Source: Enoplolaimus lenunculus (taxonomy: Eukaryota). Taken from it: a stretch of DNA of 64,000 nt. A model generated the notes under the pieces. It made no database searches, was not told the DNA's origin, and saw only the letters and a program-made list of their open reading frames with translations. Position numbers and translations under genes: made by a program. The stretch is from positions 310,001 to 374,000 of the forward strand of contig JASANG010003752.1 in the NCBI GenBank assembly GCA_030248215.1. The letters are read 5' to 3'. Positions 12,018 to 23,400 of the stretch are shown here, piece by piece; position 1 is the stretch's first letter; the number at the start of each line of letters is the position of its first letter.

Positions 12018-13943
12018 ATGAAAAGAGCCAGATCGCTAAGTCCAATTCCGGAAGAACCTGCAAGTAATTATTTATCCTATATTAATATTGAAGAGTTAAT
12101 TCCTATATTAGACGTAAGTGTAAGAACACCTAGACAGCATAGATACGAATTTAGAAACATGGATCAACTTCAACAGGATGTCACACACTTGACACAAAAT
12201 GTGAGACAGCTTACTGATGGTATGGCTCATATGAATTCTGCCCTTGCCCAAACTAGGGTAACTGGTACTACTGATACCGATCTGGTAATACATCCGTTTC
12301 ACGGAGGATTAACGGGCCCTGATTTTAACACATGGTTAGAAAATTTTAATTTAATTTGCGCGGCAAAACTGATAGATGATGAGATGAAATTGCGGGTATT
12401 ACCTGCATATCTTAGAGATATTGCAAAGGATATATACGATGGGCTAGCTACTGAGGATAAACGCAGTTTTAAATCAATTTGCACTGCATTAGAGCGTAAG
12501 CTAGCCTCCCCGGAGTTAGCAGTTTATCATGAAGCTGCCTTACAAGGCCGCGAACAAATGGAAGGCGAATCGTTATATTCTTATTTAAAAGATATTAAAA
12601 GAGCGTGTCGACGAGCCTATGCAGGCGAGTCAGAGGAAACGATCCGCCGTTTTATTATTGGGAAATTCTTTTCGGGAATTCGCTCTTCTGAAATTAAGGC
12701 TCAAGTACTTAATGAAATGCCCATGCATACATTGCAACAAGCAGATGATATTACTATGCGTTTAGATATGCAGGCAATAACTTTTCCGAAAACTCAAGGT
12801 ACCCTGGGGATACAAAATTATCTGCCACAACCACAAAATATTGTTAGTACAATACCAACCAATACAGGGCAACAAAGACAGACCAATAATAAACGCATGG
12901 AGCGTTCCCTGGAACACTTGATTCGCACACAACAGGGTTTAATAAACTCTGTAAACCGGGTGCAAAATAAGATTCAGAAGATGGAGAGAAATCATAACAA
13001 AATACGGGGAAATACACATTTTAATTGCAGACAAACAAACCCGCCTAGTCAACAGGCATATAATAGGTGCATTATTAATAATCCTAGAACTACCACAAAC
13101 TCGCCAAGATGTTATACATGTGGCAAGATTGGCCATACTGCCGCAGGATGTCAGATAGCAAGACAAGTACCATTAGATAGCAGTAAAAATTCATACACTT
13201 CAGCAAGAACTGGGTTCAGACCATCTTATAATACTAGACAACAAGCTCAGACATGGAACCCACGACAAACACAGTATTATTCTAGCTCCGCACCCCAACA
13301 AAGTACACAAATACGCAACATAAGTAATGCTGCGGCAGAAGTCGCAGCAGTTTTTAGAAAAACATCAGATGAAACTACGTTGCGTAAAATTCAGAACGAA
13401 TTAGAAGAAACTAAGAAGAAATTTGACCAAGTAAGCAAGGAAAAAGAAGTATTACTAAAACAGAAAGCAATGTTAGTCGAGAAAATTTATCCTGAAGTTG
13501 TAACTTGTGTTGGAATGGTAGTAATTGGTGAAACTAAGGAAAAACAGATAGACCAAACCATGAAAGAAAATCGGAGTGAATCGTTGACTAAAGGAAGCAA
13601 TTTGAATGATTGTAATTTAAATTGCTTGCCCAAAAATCAAAATTCAATTACGTCGGAGATCGGAATTAGTGGTGGTGATAATTCTCAAACAATAGACGAT
13701 ATTAAAGAAAAGGAATTAAGTGTAGCAAAAATTACGAAGCGATATTGCTCACAACCAGATATAAACAAGATAACTTTTAATATTGCAGTTCCTCAAGAAT
13801 CTGTAGCTCCTAAAAGTAAATGTTTTCAGTTTTATAATATAACGGCAAGCAAAGAAAACTATAAATTTTCTGGATATCGTTGGAACAGCCTTATCAGGGT
13901 TTCGAAAGAGGCTTGCAGATCAAAGTTAGCCTCGCATAAATAA
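12018..13943 (+). CDS. gag: Gag (capsid-like domain, CCHC nucleocapsid, coiled coil, C-terminal extension)
   Basis: FNTWLENF...LPAYLRDIAKDIY, MHR-like LQGREQMEGESLYSY, zinc knuckle CYTCGKIGHTAAGC. First ATG at 12018; ends at a single TAA, after which the same frame stays open. Confidence 0.9.
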   Translation: MKRARSLSPIPEEPASNYLSYINIEELIPILDVSVRTPRQHRYEFRNMDQLQQDVTHLTQNVRQLTDGMAHMNSALAQTRVTGTTDTDLVIHPFHGGLTGPDFNTWLENFNLICAAKLIDDEMKLRVLPAYLRDIAKDIYDGLATEDKRSFKSICTALERKLASPELAVYHEAALQGREQMEGESLYSYLKDIKRACRRAYAGESEETIRRFIIGKFFSGIRSSEIKAQVLNEMPMHTLQQADDITMRLDMQAITFPKTQGTLGIQNYLPQPQNIVSTIPTNTGQQRQTNNKRMERSLEHLIRTQQGLINSVNRVQNKIQKMERNHNKIRGNTHFNCRQTNPPSQQAYNRCIINNPRTTTNSPRCYTCGKIGHTAAGCQIARQVPLDSSKNSYTSARTGFRPSYNTRQQAQTWNPRQTQYYSSSAPQQSTQIRNISNAAAEVAAVFRKTSDETTLRKIQNELEETKKKFDQVSKEKEVLLKQKAMLVEKIYPEVVTCVGMVVIGETKEKQIDQTMKENRSESLTKGSNLNDCNLNCLPKNQNSITSEIGISGGDNSQTIDDIKEKELSVAKITKRYCSQPDINKITFNIAVPQESVAPKSKCFQFYNITASKENYKFSGYRWNSLIRVSKEACRSKLASHK

Positions 13944-16940
13944 GATAAATCAGAATATCAAATCGAACATTTTGCCAATACAGAGATATTAGACGATTAT
14001 GTTGTCAAAAAATTGTCACCTTCGATAAAGATCAGTGACTGTAACAACATATCAGAATGCTTCTTAATTACCAACAAAGCCTACAGTGAATGTTTCATTT
14101 GCCCTATAACTTGTTGTTGCGAAATAATTGATATTGAATTATATAAATTACAGGCAGATCCATTTTATTTGACAGACCGATCAAATCAAACCAGTGAAGT
14201 GGTCAGGTGTGACGTTCAAATCGCATTTTCACCGTCACAACACCTACATCTCATGGAACAACCGCAATGTGAGTATATAAACATTACACCTAAGAAACGG
14301 AATTACATAAAAATCAGATTCTATCACGGGGAAAATTTTAAAATTAAGAAATTACAAACAACAGGTATAGGCCCACCAATGTATACTAATACTGACATAT
14401 TACGATTAAGTCTCACCGACCTTACTATATTAGGCCCAGAGTTGGTGCTGGATAATTTGGTCAAGCGAGCCAAATTTCCAGAACCATATTCAAGTAGTTA
14501 TAATCATGGGATCGGTTTTATAGATAAACTGAATATGTATGGATTGTCATATAATGATTATGTTGATACAAAAAGGAAGTTGTCAAAGGAATTATGTGTT
14601 ATTCAAAAAACATTTTTTGACGAATCCCGGACGCCCCCTAGGAGACCTTCAATTAAATATGATTTAGCAACTACTACTCCTAAAAATTTAGAAGGTACGC
14701 CATTAGTTAAGCCACAAAAACCTATAACCAAATTTATAACACCATGGCTGAGCGTGATATGTTTACTTACCATAATTAATACAGTAAATGCCACGATGGC
14801 TGGAGGTTTAAAGGAATTTCACTCCCAAATTTTTCCCGGAGTAGGAATGGGCATAGTGCCTAGCGGTATCCTCCTTACGTCAGAACGTTCAGAGTATGTC
14901 CCGATCATGTTGCATATGCAGCATAGCTTTTACAACTTGAGTGAACCCCCCAGGCTCATTAATCATTCAGACTGTCCTGGTCGCTTCAATTTCATTGAAT
15001 TTACTCACCGATATTTGCAAAAATTTGATTTAGAATTTTCCCAAACCTTTGACCCCAGATTTTACGAAGAATTGTTGAGAGGCGTTTGTCATGATAATCA
15101 AAATATTTGCACGTTTCCAAAAGCAGAACGAAGCAAACGTTTTTTGCCCCTTTTGTTGACAGGATTAATGTCACTGGCAGGCACGGGGATGGGGATTGCA
15201 AATAGCCTCCAGCTTTCTTATCTTCAGCCAAAAATTAGTGCATTAACGCAAGCGGTACCAATACTTGAACATAAAATTGGAATACAAGCACGAGCCATCC
15301 ACCAACTTTCCATTCAAAATCAACAAATTTATACTTTTACCCATAAAGCAATGACATTTTTGGACCACATGGTTGCACATATTACGTGCGAGTTAAAAGG
15401 GTTTGGTCAAGAAATGCACCAAATTTCCCAGGCAAATTTGTTTGTTATGCAAATAGAACGGTTGGTGAAATCTGTTAGTACCGCAAGCTTAGAGGGAAAA
15501 ATAGATTCAGAAATACTAAGTGCCACCCAGATTACCAGATTAATAAGAGCAGAACCTGCTCTACGAAAAACACTATATGAACACGAACCTAGCCTATTCT
15601 ATCAATTTGTTACGGCATACCCAGTAATAGTAAATATTGCCCAACTAAAATTTGGGATCATTTTAGAAATCCCCAAAATTACTAAAAGAGATATTCTCCC
15701 TTTGTTATCTATCTCTAACGTTGGCTTCAATATACCCGAGAAAAATATTACTAACCGCATTAAGTTTCCTACTTATATGACTTATGATAGTCATCATGGT
15801 GTGAACTCATATCTAGAAGTTGTTCCCTCCCTTTGTAAAAGGCTACCGGGATTATGGTATTGCCCGTTGCAGGCTGTACCTCGTTCAGAAGCTAATGAAT
15901 TCCTAACGGCAATCGCGAGATTTGAACAATGGAGTAAATCATGCAAAGTGCAGGTTACACAATTTCGGCAAGGTAACACCTTAGATACTACTCGAGTTGG
16001 TGTAATGGTCCGTACGAGTGATAGATTTGCAAAAGTCACTACTAACCGAGAAGTCCAATTTTCATCACGGAGCGAGAGACTCGCGATACCGCCCTATGGA
16101 GTTTATTTCTTCCCCCATGAGAAATATTCTTTAATAACTGTTGGTGATAGGATAATCACGTCCACAGTACGTGATATACAACATTTTACTTTCAACATTA
16201 GTAAAATTCCCACTCCAAGTTCAAACTTTTCGGGACTCCCTTCTCCACATTGGATCGATATGCTTGATGCCGAGTATCACACTAATCTTAGTCGGGAATT
16301 AACCCGTAGCCAAATCGACCACACTTTACTACCCGTGACCGCGCAACATTCGTCGTTAATGCATATAATCATTGCATTAATCTGTGCGTTAATTGTAATA
16401 TTGGTAACCACATGTTTTAAGAGACGTGACGATATTTGGCGGGTTGTTAAAGGTATTTGGGATAAAAAGGAATATTGTGAATTTTGTTGCAAGAGGAATA
16501 AAAGTAGGTTTAGATATATTCGGCAGGAGATTGAACCAGAGGAGTTACAAGAATTTACAGCACCCTCGCTAAGTATCGTAAGCGCTGAAGAGATATCTCA
16601 CAAGACTGTAGGAATAAATTGTCCATCAAGCCTTACTTCATCTATAGTGCCTATCCGAGTTCGTCCACCAAGGGTACCAACCCCAATGCCTATATTAGAG
16701 ACAAGATTCTCCAATTTTCTGAATAGTTTTAAGGCTCCAGGAAAAAGTGAGACAACAGGAGAAAATACCCTGATAGGACGTATGCCTAATGAACAAAATA
16801 CTTCAGAACAACCTACATGTTCCAATTTATTATCCGGTGCTGCAGCAGCAGTTACTAGGCATAGATATTTTACGGCACTTGGGTACCATAACAATAAACT
16901 ATGCAAAAAGTGGAGCTTTCATAGAGGGAAACAAAATTAA
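13944..16940 (+). CDS. env: Cys-rich unknown domain plus envelope-like class I fusion glycoprotein (baculovirus F / errantivirus env-like), in the gag frame
   Basis: Internal signal sequence WLSVICLLTIINTVNA (~14745-14792), furin site RSKR (15129-15140) followed directly by hydrophobic peptide FLPLLLTGLMSLAGTGMGIA, heptad region, GKIDSEILS and IILEIP motifs, 6 N-glycosylation sequons, TM helix (16356-16418) followed by KRR. Confidence 0.85.
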   Translation, partial: DKSEYQIEHFANTEILDDYVVKKLSPSIKISDCNNISECFLITNKAYSECFICPITCCCEIIDIELYKLQADPFYLTDRSNQTSEVVRCDVQIAFSPSQHLHLMEQPQCEYINITPKKRNYIKIRFYHGENFKIKKLQTTGIGPPMYTNTDILRLSLTDLTILGPELVLDNLVKRAKFPEPYSSSYNHGIGFIDKLNMYGLSYNDYVDTKRKLSKELCVIQKTFFDESRTPPRRPSIKYDLATTTPKNLEGTPLVKPQKPITKFITPWLSVICLLTIINTVNATMAGGLKEFHSQIFPGVGMGIVPSGILLTSERSEYVPIMLHMQHSFYNLSEPPRLINHSDCPGRFNFIEFTHRYLQKFDLEFSQTFDPRFYEELLRGVCHDNQNICTFPKAERSKRFLPLLLTGLMSLAGTGMGIANSLQLSYLQPKISALTQAVPILEHKIGIQARAIHQLSIQNQQIYTFTHKAMTFLDHMVAHITCELKGFGQEMHQISQANLFVMQIERLVKSVSTASLEGKIDSEILSATQITRLIRAEPALRKTLYEHEPSLFYQFVTAYPVIVNIAQLKFGIILEIPKITKRDILPLLSISNVGFNIPEKNITNRIKFPTYMTYDSHHGVNSYLEVVPSLCKRLPGLWYCPLQAVPRSEANEFLTAIARFEQWSKSCKVQVTQFRQGNTLDTTRVGVMVRTSDRFAKVTTNREVQFSSRSERLAIPPYGVYFFPHEKYSLITVGDRIITSTVRDIQHFTFNISKIPTPSSNFSGLPSPHWIDMLDAEYHTNLSRELTRSQIDHTLLPVTAQHSSLMHIIIALICALIVILVTTCFKRRDDIWRVVKGIWDKKEYCEFCCKRNKSRFRYIRQEIEPEELQEFTAPSLSIVSAEEISHKTVGINCPSSLTSSIVPIRVRPPRVPTPMPILETRFSNFLNSFKAPGKSETTGENTLIGRMPNEQNTSEQPTCSNLLSGAAAAVTRHRYFTALGYHNNKLCKKWSFHRGKQN

Positions 16941-19900
16941 ATTTGGAAAAACAAGCAGGCAAAAAGTCTCATTGCCTGAGAGTATTACAATACCCCCACA
17001 GACGGAAATAATAATACCATGCAGTACAGATGGATTAACAGCAAATGTGGAGCATGTTCTATTTGAGCCGCACATTATGCTACATGCAGAGTACAACTTA
17101 CTTATAGCACCGTTACTATTGTCTAATCAATCAACCATACACATACCGGTACGCATAGTTAACCCATGTAGATATCCGGTGAAACTCTATAAGAATCTTA
17201 CATTAGGACAATTAGAAGCATTGGATAAAAGTTTTATTGTGAATGCAACAGGATACAATGCTAAAGAAGCCAAACTCACTTTTTTGCAGCAGGCAAACTT
17301 TGGTGACCAGCTTTCAATAGAAGATTTAAAACAGTTGGAAAAGCTTTTGGAAGAGTTTTCCGATGTTTTCTCAAAAAGCGAATATGATTTGGGAAAAGTA
17401 ACAGCTGTAAGTCATAAGATTGAAACTTTGGACGCACATCCAATCAAACAACGACCATACCGAGTTCCTCTAAAATTGAAGGAACCGGTTGAATAAGAAA
17501 TTAATAAGATGTTAGACATGAACATCATTGAACCGTCGGTTAGTCCTTGGGCAAGCCCAATCGTTGTTTTACGAAAGAAGGATGGAAAATCACTTCGAAT
17601 ATGTGTAGATTATAGAAGGTTAAATCAACATACAGTCAAAGATTGTTACCCACTACCAAACATAAATGATTTGTTGGATACAATTGGAAAAGCGAAATAT
17701 TTTAGCGTAGGTGATTTAGTATCAGGGTATTACCAAGTACCAATGGAGGAATCTTCCATTGAAAAGACCGCGTTTGTTACACCAATGGGTCTGTTTCAAT
17801 ACAAAACTATGCCGTTTGGGCTCTGCAATGCCCCCGCGACGTTTCAGCGATTATTAGAGGCTACATTGCGTGGACTGCAAGGTCGAGTCTGTACTGTCTA
17901 CATTGATGACATTTTGGTATTTTCAGAAACATTCATTCAGCATTTAGAGCGTCTCCGTCAAGTGTTACAACGTTTGCGCGAAGTAGGGTTAAAATTAAAA
18001 CCGGAAAAATTGCTGTTTTGCAGTACACGAAGTCGAGTATTTGGGGCATATAATATCGAGTACTGGTTTACGGCCAGATCCTAAAAAGACAATACAAGTA
18101 CAGAATTTTCCCATACCGACAGGTTTACGTAGTCTACGAGGTTTTTTGGTTTGGAGGGTTACTACAGACGTTTCATTAAGGACATTGCAAAAATTGCTAG
18201 TCCGTTTCATTGATTACTTAAGAAAAATAATGCTTTTGATTGGAATACAAACTGTCAGCAAGCATTTGAAACTTTAAGAACCAAGCTAACATCACCTCCA
18301 GTGCTTGTCATAGTTAATCCAAACCTTCCTTATATACTTGAAACAGATGCAAGTGGTACTTGCATAGGTGGGGTACTCTCGCAAGAACACGACGGTAAGA
18401 TAAACCCAATAGCTTTCGGAAGTAGAACATTACAAAAAGCCGAAAGAAATTATAGTATAACTGAATTAGAAGCCTTGGCTGTCGTGTATTTTGTGAAACA
18501 TTTTCGAAATTATTTATATGGGCAAAAATTTAAACTTATAACTGATCATTCTGCCTTGAAATGGATTTTAACTAACAAAAATAGTTCAGGTAGGTTGCAA
18601 CGTTGGGCGCTTACGCTAATGGAATATGATTTCACCATTGAGCATAAACCTGGAAAACGCATGAGTCATGTAGAAGCGTTGTCTAGACTTGAAAATGGTG
18701 TTAATGTTGACAGTCATAGTGATACCGAAACCGAAAATATTCATTTCGCTTACGCAATTGGAAAACCATCAACAACACCTTCTAATACTTTAGCAGAAAC
18801 ACAATCAAGGAGTCAAGAACACGATAAGGTTAACTCAGATAGATATGAACGGTTTGCTGAAATGCAGGCAAAGGATCCATATATTAGCACAATATTACAA
18901 TATCTATTGCAAGGTAAATTACCTGATGACGAAAAGACGGCTCGTTATTTAACACTTTCGAGGCCAAGATTTTTCACGCATAATAATTTGTTATATCACC
19001 ATTACCCTACTCTCCGTGCAGGACCTCGGATAGCTTGGGAGCAGTTGGTCGTACCAGAAAATATGAAGCAGGAAATTTTATCGGCTCATCATGATGATGT
19101 TGTCGGAGGACAGCATTCTGGAATCTCCAGAACATACCATAAGATACTCCCAAAATATTATTGGGAAGGAATGTATCAGGATGTCGTCAAATGGTGCAAA
19201 TCTTGTGTTGATTGCTGTACTCGCAAGCATGGACCACATCGGCCTAATGCACCGTTAGTTCCTATTCCTACAAACGAGCCAAACCACACCTATCATGTAG
19301 ATGTTCTAGGACCCTTACCAGAATCATACAATGGCAACAAATACGTTATCATATTTGTTGACCGGTTCACTAAATATCCAGAAGCAATTTGTACCCGAGA
19401 TCAGAAAGCGTTTACTATAGCCAAACTATTTATGACGGAAATAGTATGTAGACATTCTGCACCTTTTGCATTAATAAGCGATAATGCTCCTAATTTTAGA
19501 AGTGAATTATTGGACGAAATTACCAAAATTGCAGGTACTCGAAAATTTTTTACTACCCCCTATCGTCCACAGACCAATGGAGTTGTTGAACGAATTAATG
19601 CCACATTCATGCAAATGATAAGCCAATATGTGGATACAGCTCAACGAACTTGGGATGAGTTTGTGCCATACGCATGCTTGGCTTATCGTATAAGTGTAAA
19701 CGAAACCACTGGATATAGTCCTTTTAGTTTGGTTTATGGCAGAGACCCTAGACTACCAATAGATATATCTTTGCCAGTATCAAACCGAGGTTACATTGAT
19801 GAGGATGACTATGCTAGAGATGTTAGATTGGCTTTATATGATGCATGGCAGTTAGCTGCAGAAAACATAACTAAAGCGCAACAAGTAATGAAGGAAAGAT

Positions 19901-20229
19901 ATGATCAAAAAGCTATTGATCCAAGTTATAAAATTGGCGATAAAGTTTTGTTACATACCCCTTTTTCAAAGAAAGGAAAAACCCATAAACTTGCCCATCA
20001 GTGGCAGGCTCTTTTTGAAGTAATTGATATTAAATATCCAAATGTAGTAATTAAGTCATTAACAGCTAGGCAACCTAAGCCATTGAAAGTTCATGTAAAT
20101 CGTATAAAGCCTTTTTACGATTCACCCTCTCATATTCCTATTGCAGGAACCCTTACTAAGAGTGATAGCCGTGTAGTACACGAAGCAGATCCAAATTTAG
20201 AAGCAGAAATAAGTAATGATTCAGAGTAA
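16777..20229 (+). pseudogene. pol: Disrupted pol: protease C-terminal remnant, spacer domain, reverse transcriptase, RNase H, integrase
   Basis: LLGIDIL; RT motifs SPWASPIVV, RICVDYRRLN, MPFGLCNAPATFQR, YIDD; RNase H ETDAS / ELEALA / TDH; integrase HHCC and D-D-E (HVDVLGP, ISDNA, GVVER). Lesions: TAA 17494, +1 frameshift ~18010, -1 frameshift ~18148, TGA 18211. Confidence 0.95.
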
Positions 20230-20429
20230 TGTTAATATTATAATGTTAATTTTATTTTATTTCAGAATCGTCAACAATCGTCAATCGCTAACGTCGAGCT
20301 CGTTTCAACCTACACCCAGCCCACACCTATAAACAATCACATAAAGTCCAATAGGACGCTTTACTATATTCAATTCTATTGCACAATATACACAACACCG
20401 CACTTTAAACACTTATAGCAAATGACAAC

Positions 20430-23400
20430 ATGGCAACATACACCAAGGACATTCTAGAGTTCGCAGCAACAGTATGCCTTGCGGACATCCTACCGGAAGA
20501 ACAACGAAAAAACTTCCAGAATTGGCATGGAGTAAATGCCTATATTCCAATGGACACTTTAGTAAAATTTGCCCCGAGATATCCAAATAACGTAGAAGCC
20601 ACGATCACTGATTTTATTTCACCGTCCAAAGCCACGTCCTACAGAAACTTTTGTATGGTATGTTTATGTCCGATCCACGATTCGCTACACTTGGTTTCGA
20701 CACGACATCTGTTTATGTCGAGTAGCCAATTGTTCCGCCTGAATGTTACCGACGAACGAAGACTGCTGTTTCAGCAGTGGATAAAAGAGCACGGATTATA
20801 CCATGAGCATAAAGTACTGAAGAATCTGAACGCCGTGTTAACGTTTCCCAAGATTTCCTCCACAACAGCGACCGCTGTTGGGATGCATGCCCAATTATCA
20901 AATCAAGGGTACGATATACCAATTGTCTTTGGAAACTCGGCAACTGGATCCCAAGACCTAACGTTCCATTTGACGATTCGAAACAAAGGTGCCGTTAGCA
21001 TAGAATACATAGGCGTCCATACAATAGTGAACGGTGCAAATGGTAATAAGTTGCGTCCGATATTTGAAATGCCAACGAACTGCACGCACCAAGAAAAAAT
21101 AATGATAACAATCGAATCACAAACACCTGGAATACAATTCTACACTCTCCAAGTATGGGTTGAAGCCAAACAGTTCGGCAAGAACTCTGTGCTATTGCCC
21201 TTATGGTGCGAAGTACGCTGGAACTGGCACGATTACCACTTAGAACACTGTATTGCACGATATCTCGAAGACATTGCCCGAGTTCGACCCAAACAGACAG
21301 ATGGTGTCGCATTATCGTCTATACCAGACAGTCTATTTAATCCACCATTGATACCAACAGGAGAAGGATCGGAACAACGTGTTTGTAAGCCAGCTCGGTT
21401 TACTCAATCGTGTTTTACTCCATACTTCAAGGCCTGGGAACGAAAAGATACAACAATGCGTAATCATAGTGAAATCGCAGTACGCTCAGTGGACATCCAG
21501 TCACATGGTGGTTTCGATGATCACAATGTACAAATAAAAGACATTGAAGCAATTCTAGACAGCGACGCAGTGATTACAAAGGACAACTTAGGACACCGAT
21601 GCTTGGCCGAAGTCATTGGACAAACACAATACGACGAAGATGTTCCTGAACGATGTTCTATAATATCAACGCAAATTTTACCAGAAGACGAAGTCAACGA
21701 CATAGGGACCTTACAATCAGATGAGTCCGCAATATATGTGAGTTCCAAAGTGCCGAGCCGAGAATATCAAAATATTAGAAGTAAATCAATGACAGATCGC
21801 CTTCGCATTGTACATCCACGGTGGGATGCCAAATTACCAGCTTATGTAGTAGGTGAAAAAAACGATGATGATCAAATGGTGACAACCGTGCAATTGAAAC
21901 TTAACGCTGGACTGAAGAAAATCGTAGAATCCATGGTTGAAAGCGAATCGAGGCGAGTTGACACAAATCAGCCGTTCCTAATTCCGATGCCAAGTATAGT
22001 AACTGGATACCTTTTGGCACTGTATAAAATGCTTCTGATCAATGAAGACGATGAAGCAAAAGTAGAGACAGCCTCAGCAAATGTCGAAGATAATACGGAA
22101 ACGTTTCGGGACAAATCTAATGTTAACGACAACAGTATCACAAATTTATCAGAATTATCCGAACCGGATATAACATTAGTCGATGAAATCAATGAAAGTG
22201 AATGTACAGCGTCGATAGAAACATCCGATATAGATAATCCACCACCAACAAAAGTGACAAAATCAAATTTTACAACCGAACGACTACAAGCCTCGCAAGA
22301 TGAAACGATGACCAATGAAGACGACCAATCATCCATCAAAAAACGATTCAAGTACGACCTCAAACGAAGTTGGCACAAGATCATCAATCACATGTTTGGA
22401 CACGATTCACCAGCCAAACAATATGAAAAAAGGACATTACCAACAACAATATACAATTATACCGAACAGTTGGATCCAGAACAAAAACAAATTCTCGACG
22501 CAATAATAAACGGTGATCCGATAATAGCTTGTCAAGCTCCACCTGGTACCGGAAAGACACACGTTATCGCCCTAATAATGGTTTTAATGAACACCGTTTT
22601 TCCAGAAGAGCGATATCTGTGTATAGCTCCGACGAATGCAGCAGCAAACGTTTTAGCTAAGAAGATTCAATCGTATTTTAAGAAGTTGTTTGGTCAAGTT
22701 CCACCACAATCGTTATTACGTATGGTTCGAGAAGGTTACCCAATCGATGAACTGGGCGAATTAATACAACATTCGAATTTCGTGGCTGCCGATACCGAAA
22801 GTAGCGACATACAAGCTGATTCCCGAATACCTGAACACAAGATACTGGTTACAACAGTGGATCTAGCAATTATGAATCTACTTAATCATCGAAAAACACT
22901 CGCAGACGCAGGACTATTCAAACTTCTTGTAATCGATGAAGCTGCTTCGGTGGATCTACCGCGAACGTTGTTAGCAGCCTTATTGGTTTCAAACGGTCAG
23001 ATCGTGATGCTTGGCGATACAAAACAGTTGCCAGCCTACATAACATCGCCAAAACTAAAATCAGTCGCTGGAGACGAATCAGGAATGGAGTTCATTAGCA
23101 GAGCAGCCAGTAAAGCGAAAAGAGTAAAACTTAAAACACTTAAGCGAAATTACCGAAGTGTGGCAAGTATTTTGGGCCCACCAAGCGCAATCATATACAA
23201 AGACGCACCACTGATCGCTGAAAATCATGATCAATTGAGCCAACAAAATGAGCAGTTGAATGACGCTACAAATGGAATGTTAAACACCGTCTTATTTCCA
23301 GCAAGGAATGGCGTATCATTCGTGCATGTTGAAGGAACAATGATTCGGCATGGGAGTAGTTTATACAACATCGCCGAGATCCATCACGTACTCGAAATAG

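Noticed and set aside
17990..18215. Programmed frameshifting within RT
   Set aside because: The +1 and -1 shifts fall inside conserved RT motifs (KC.F, GFLGL.GYYRRF) beside a nonsense codon, so they are decay or sequencing errors.
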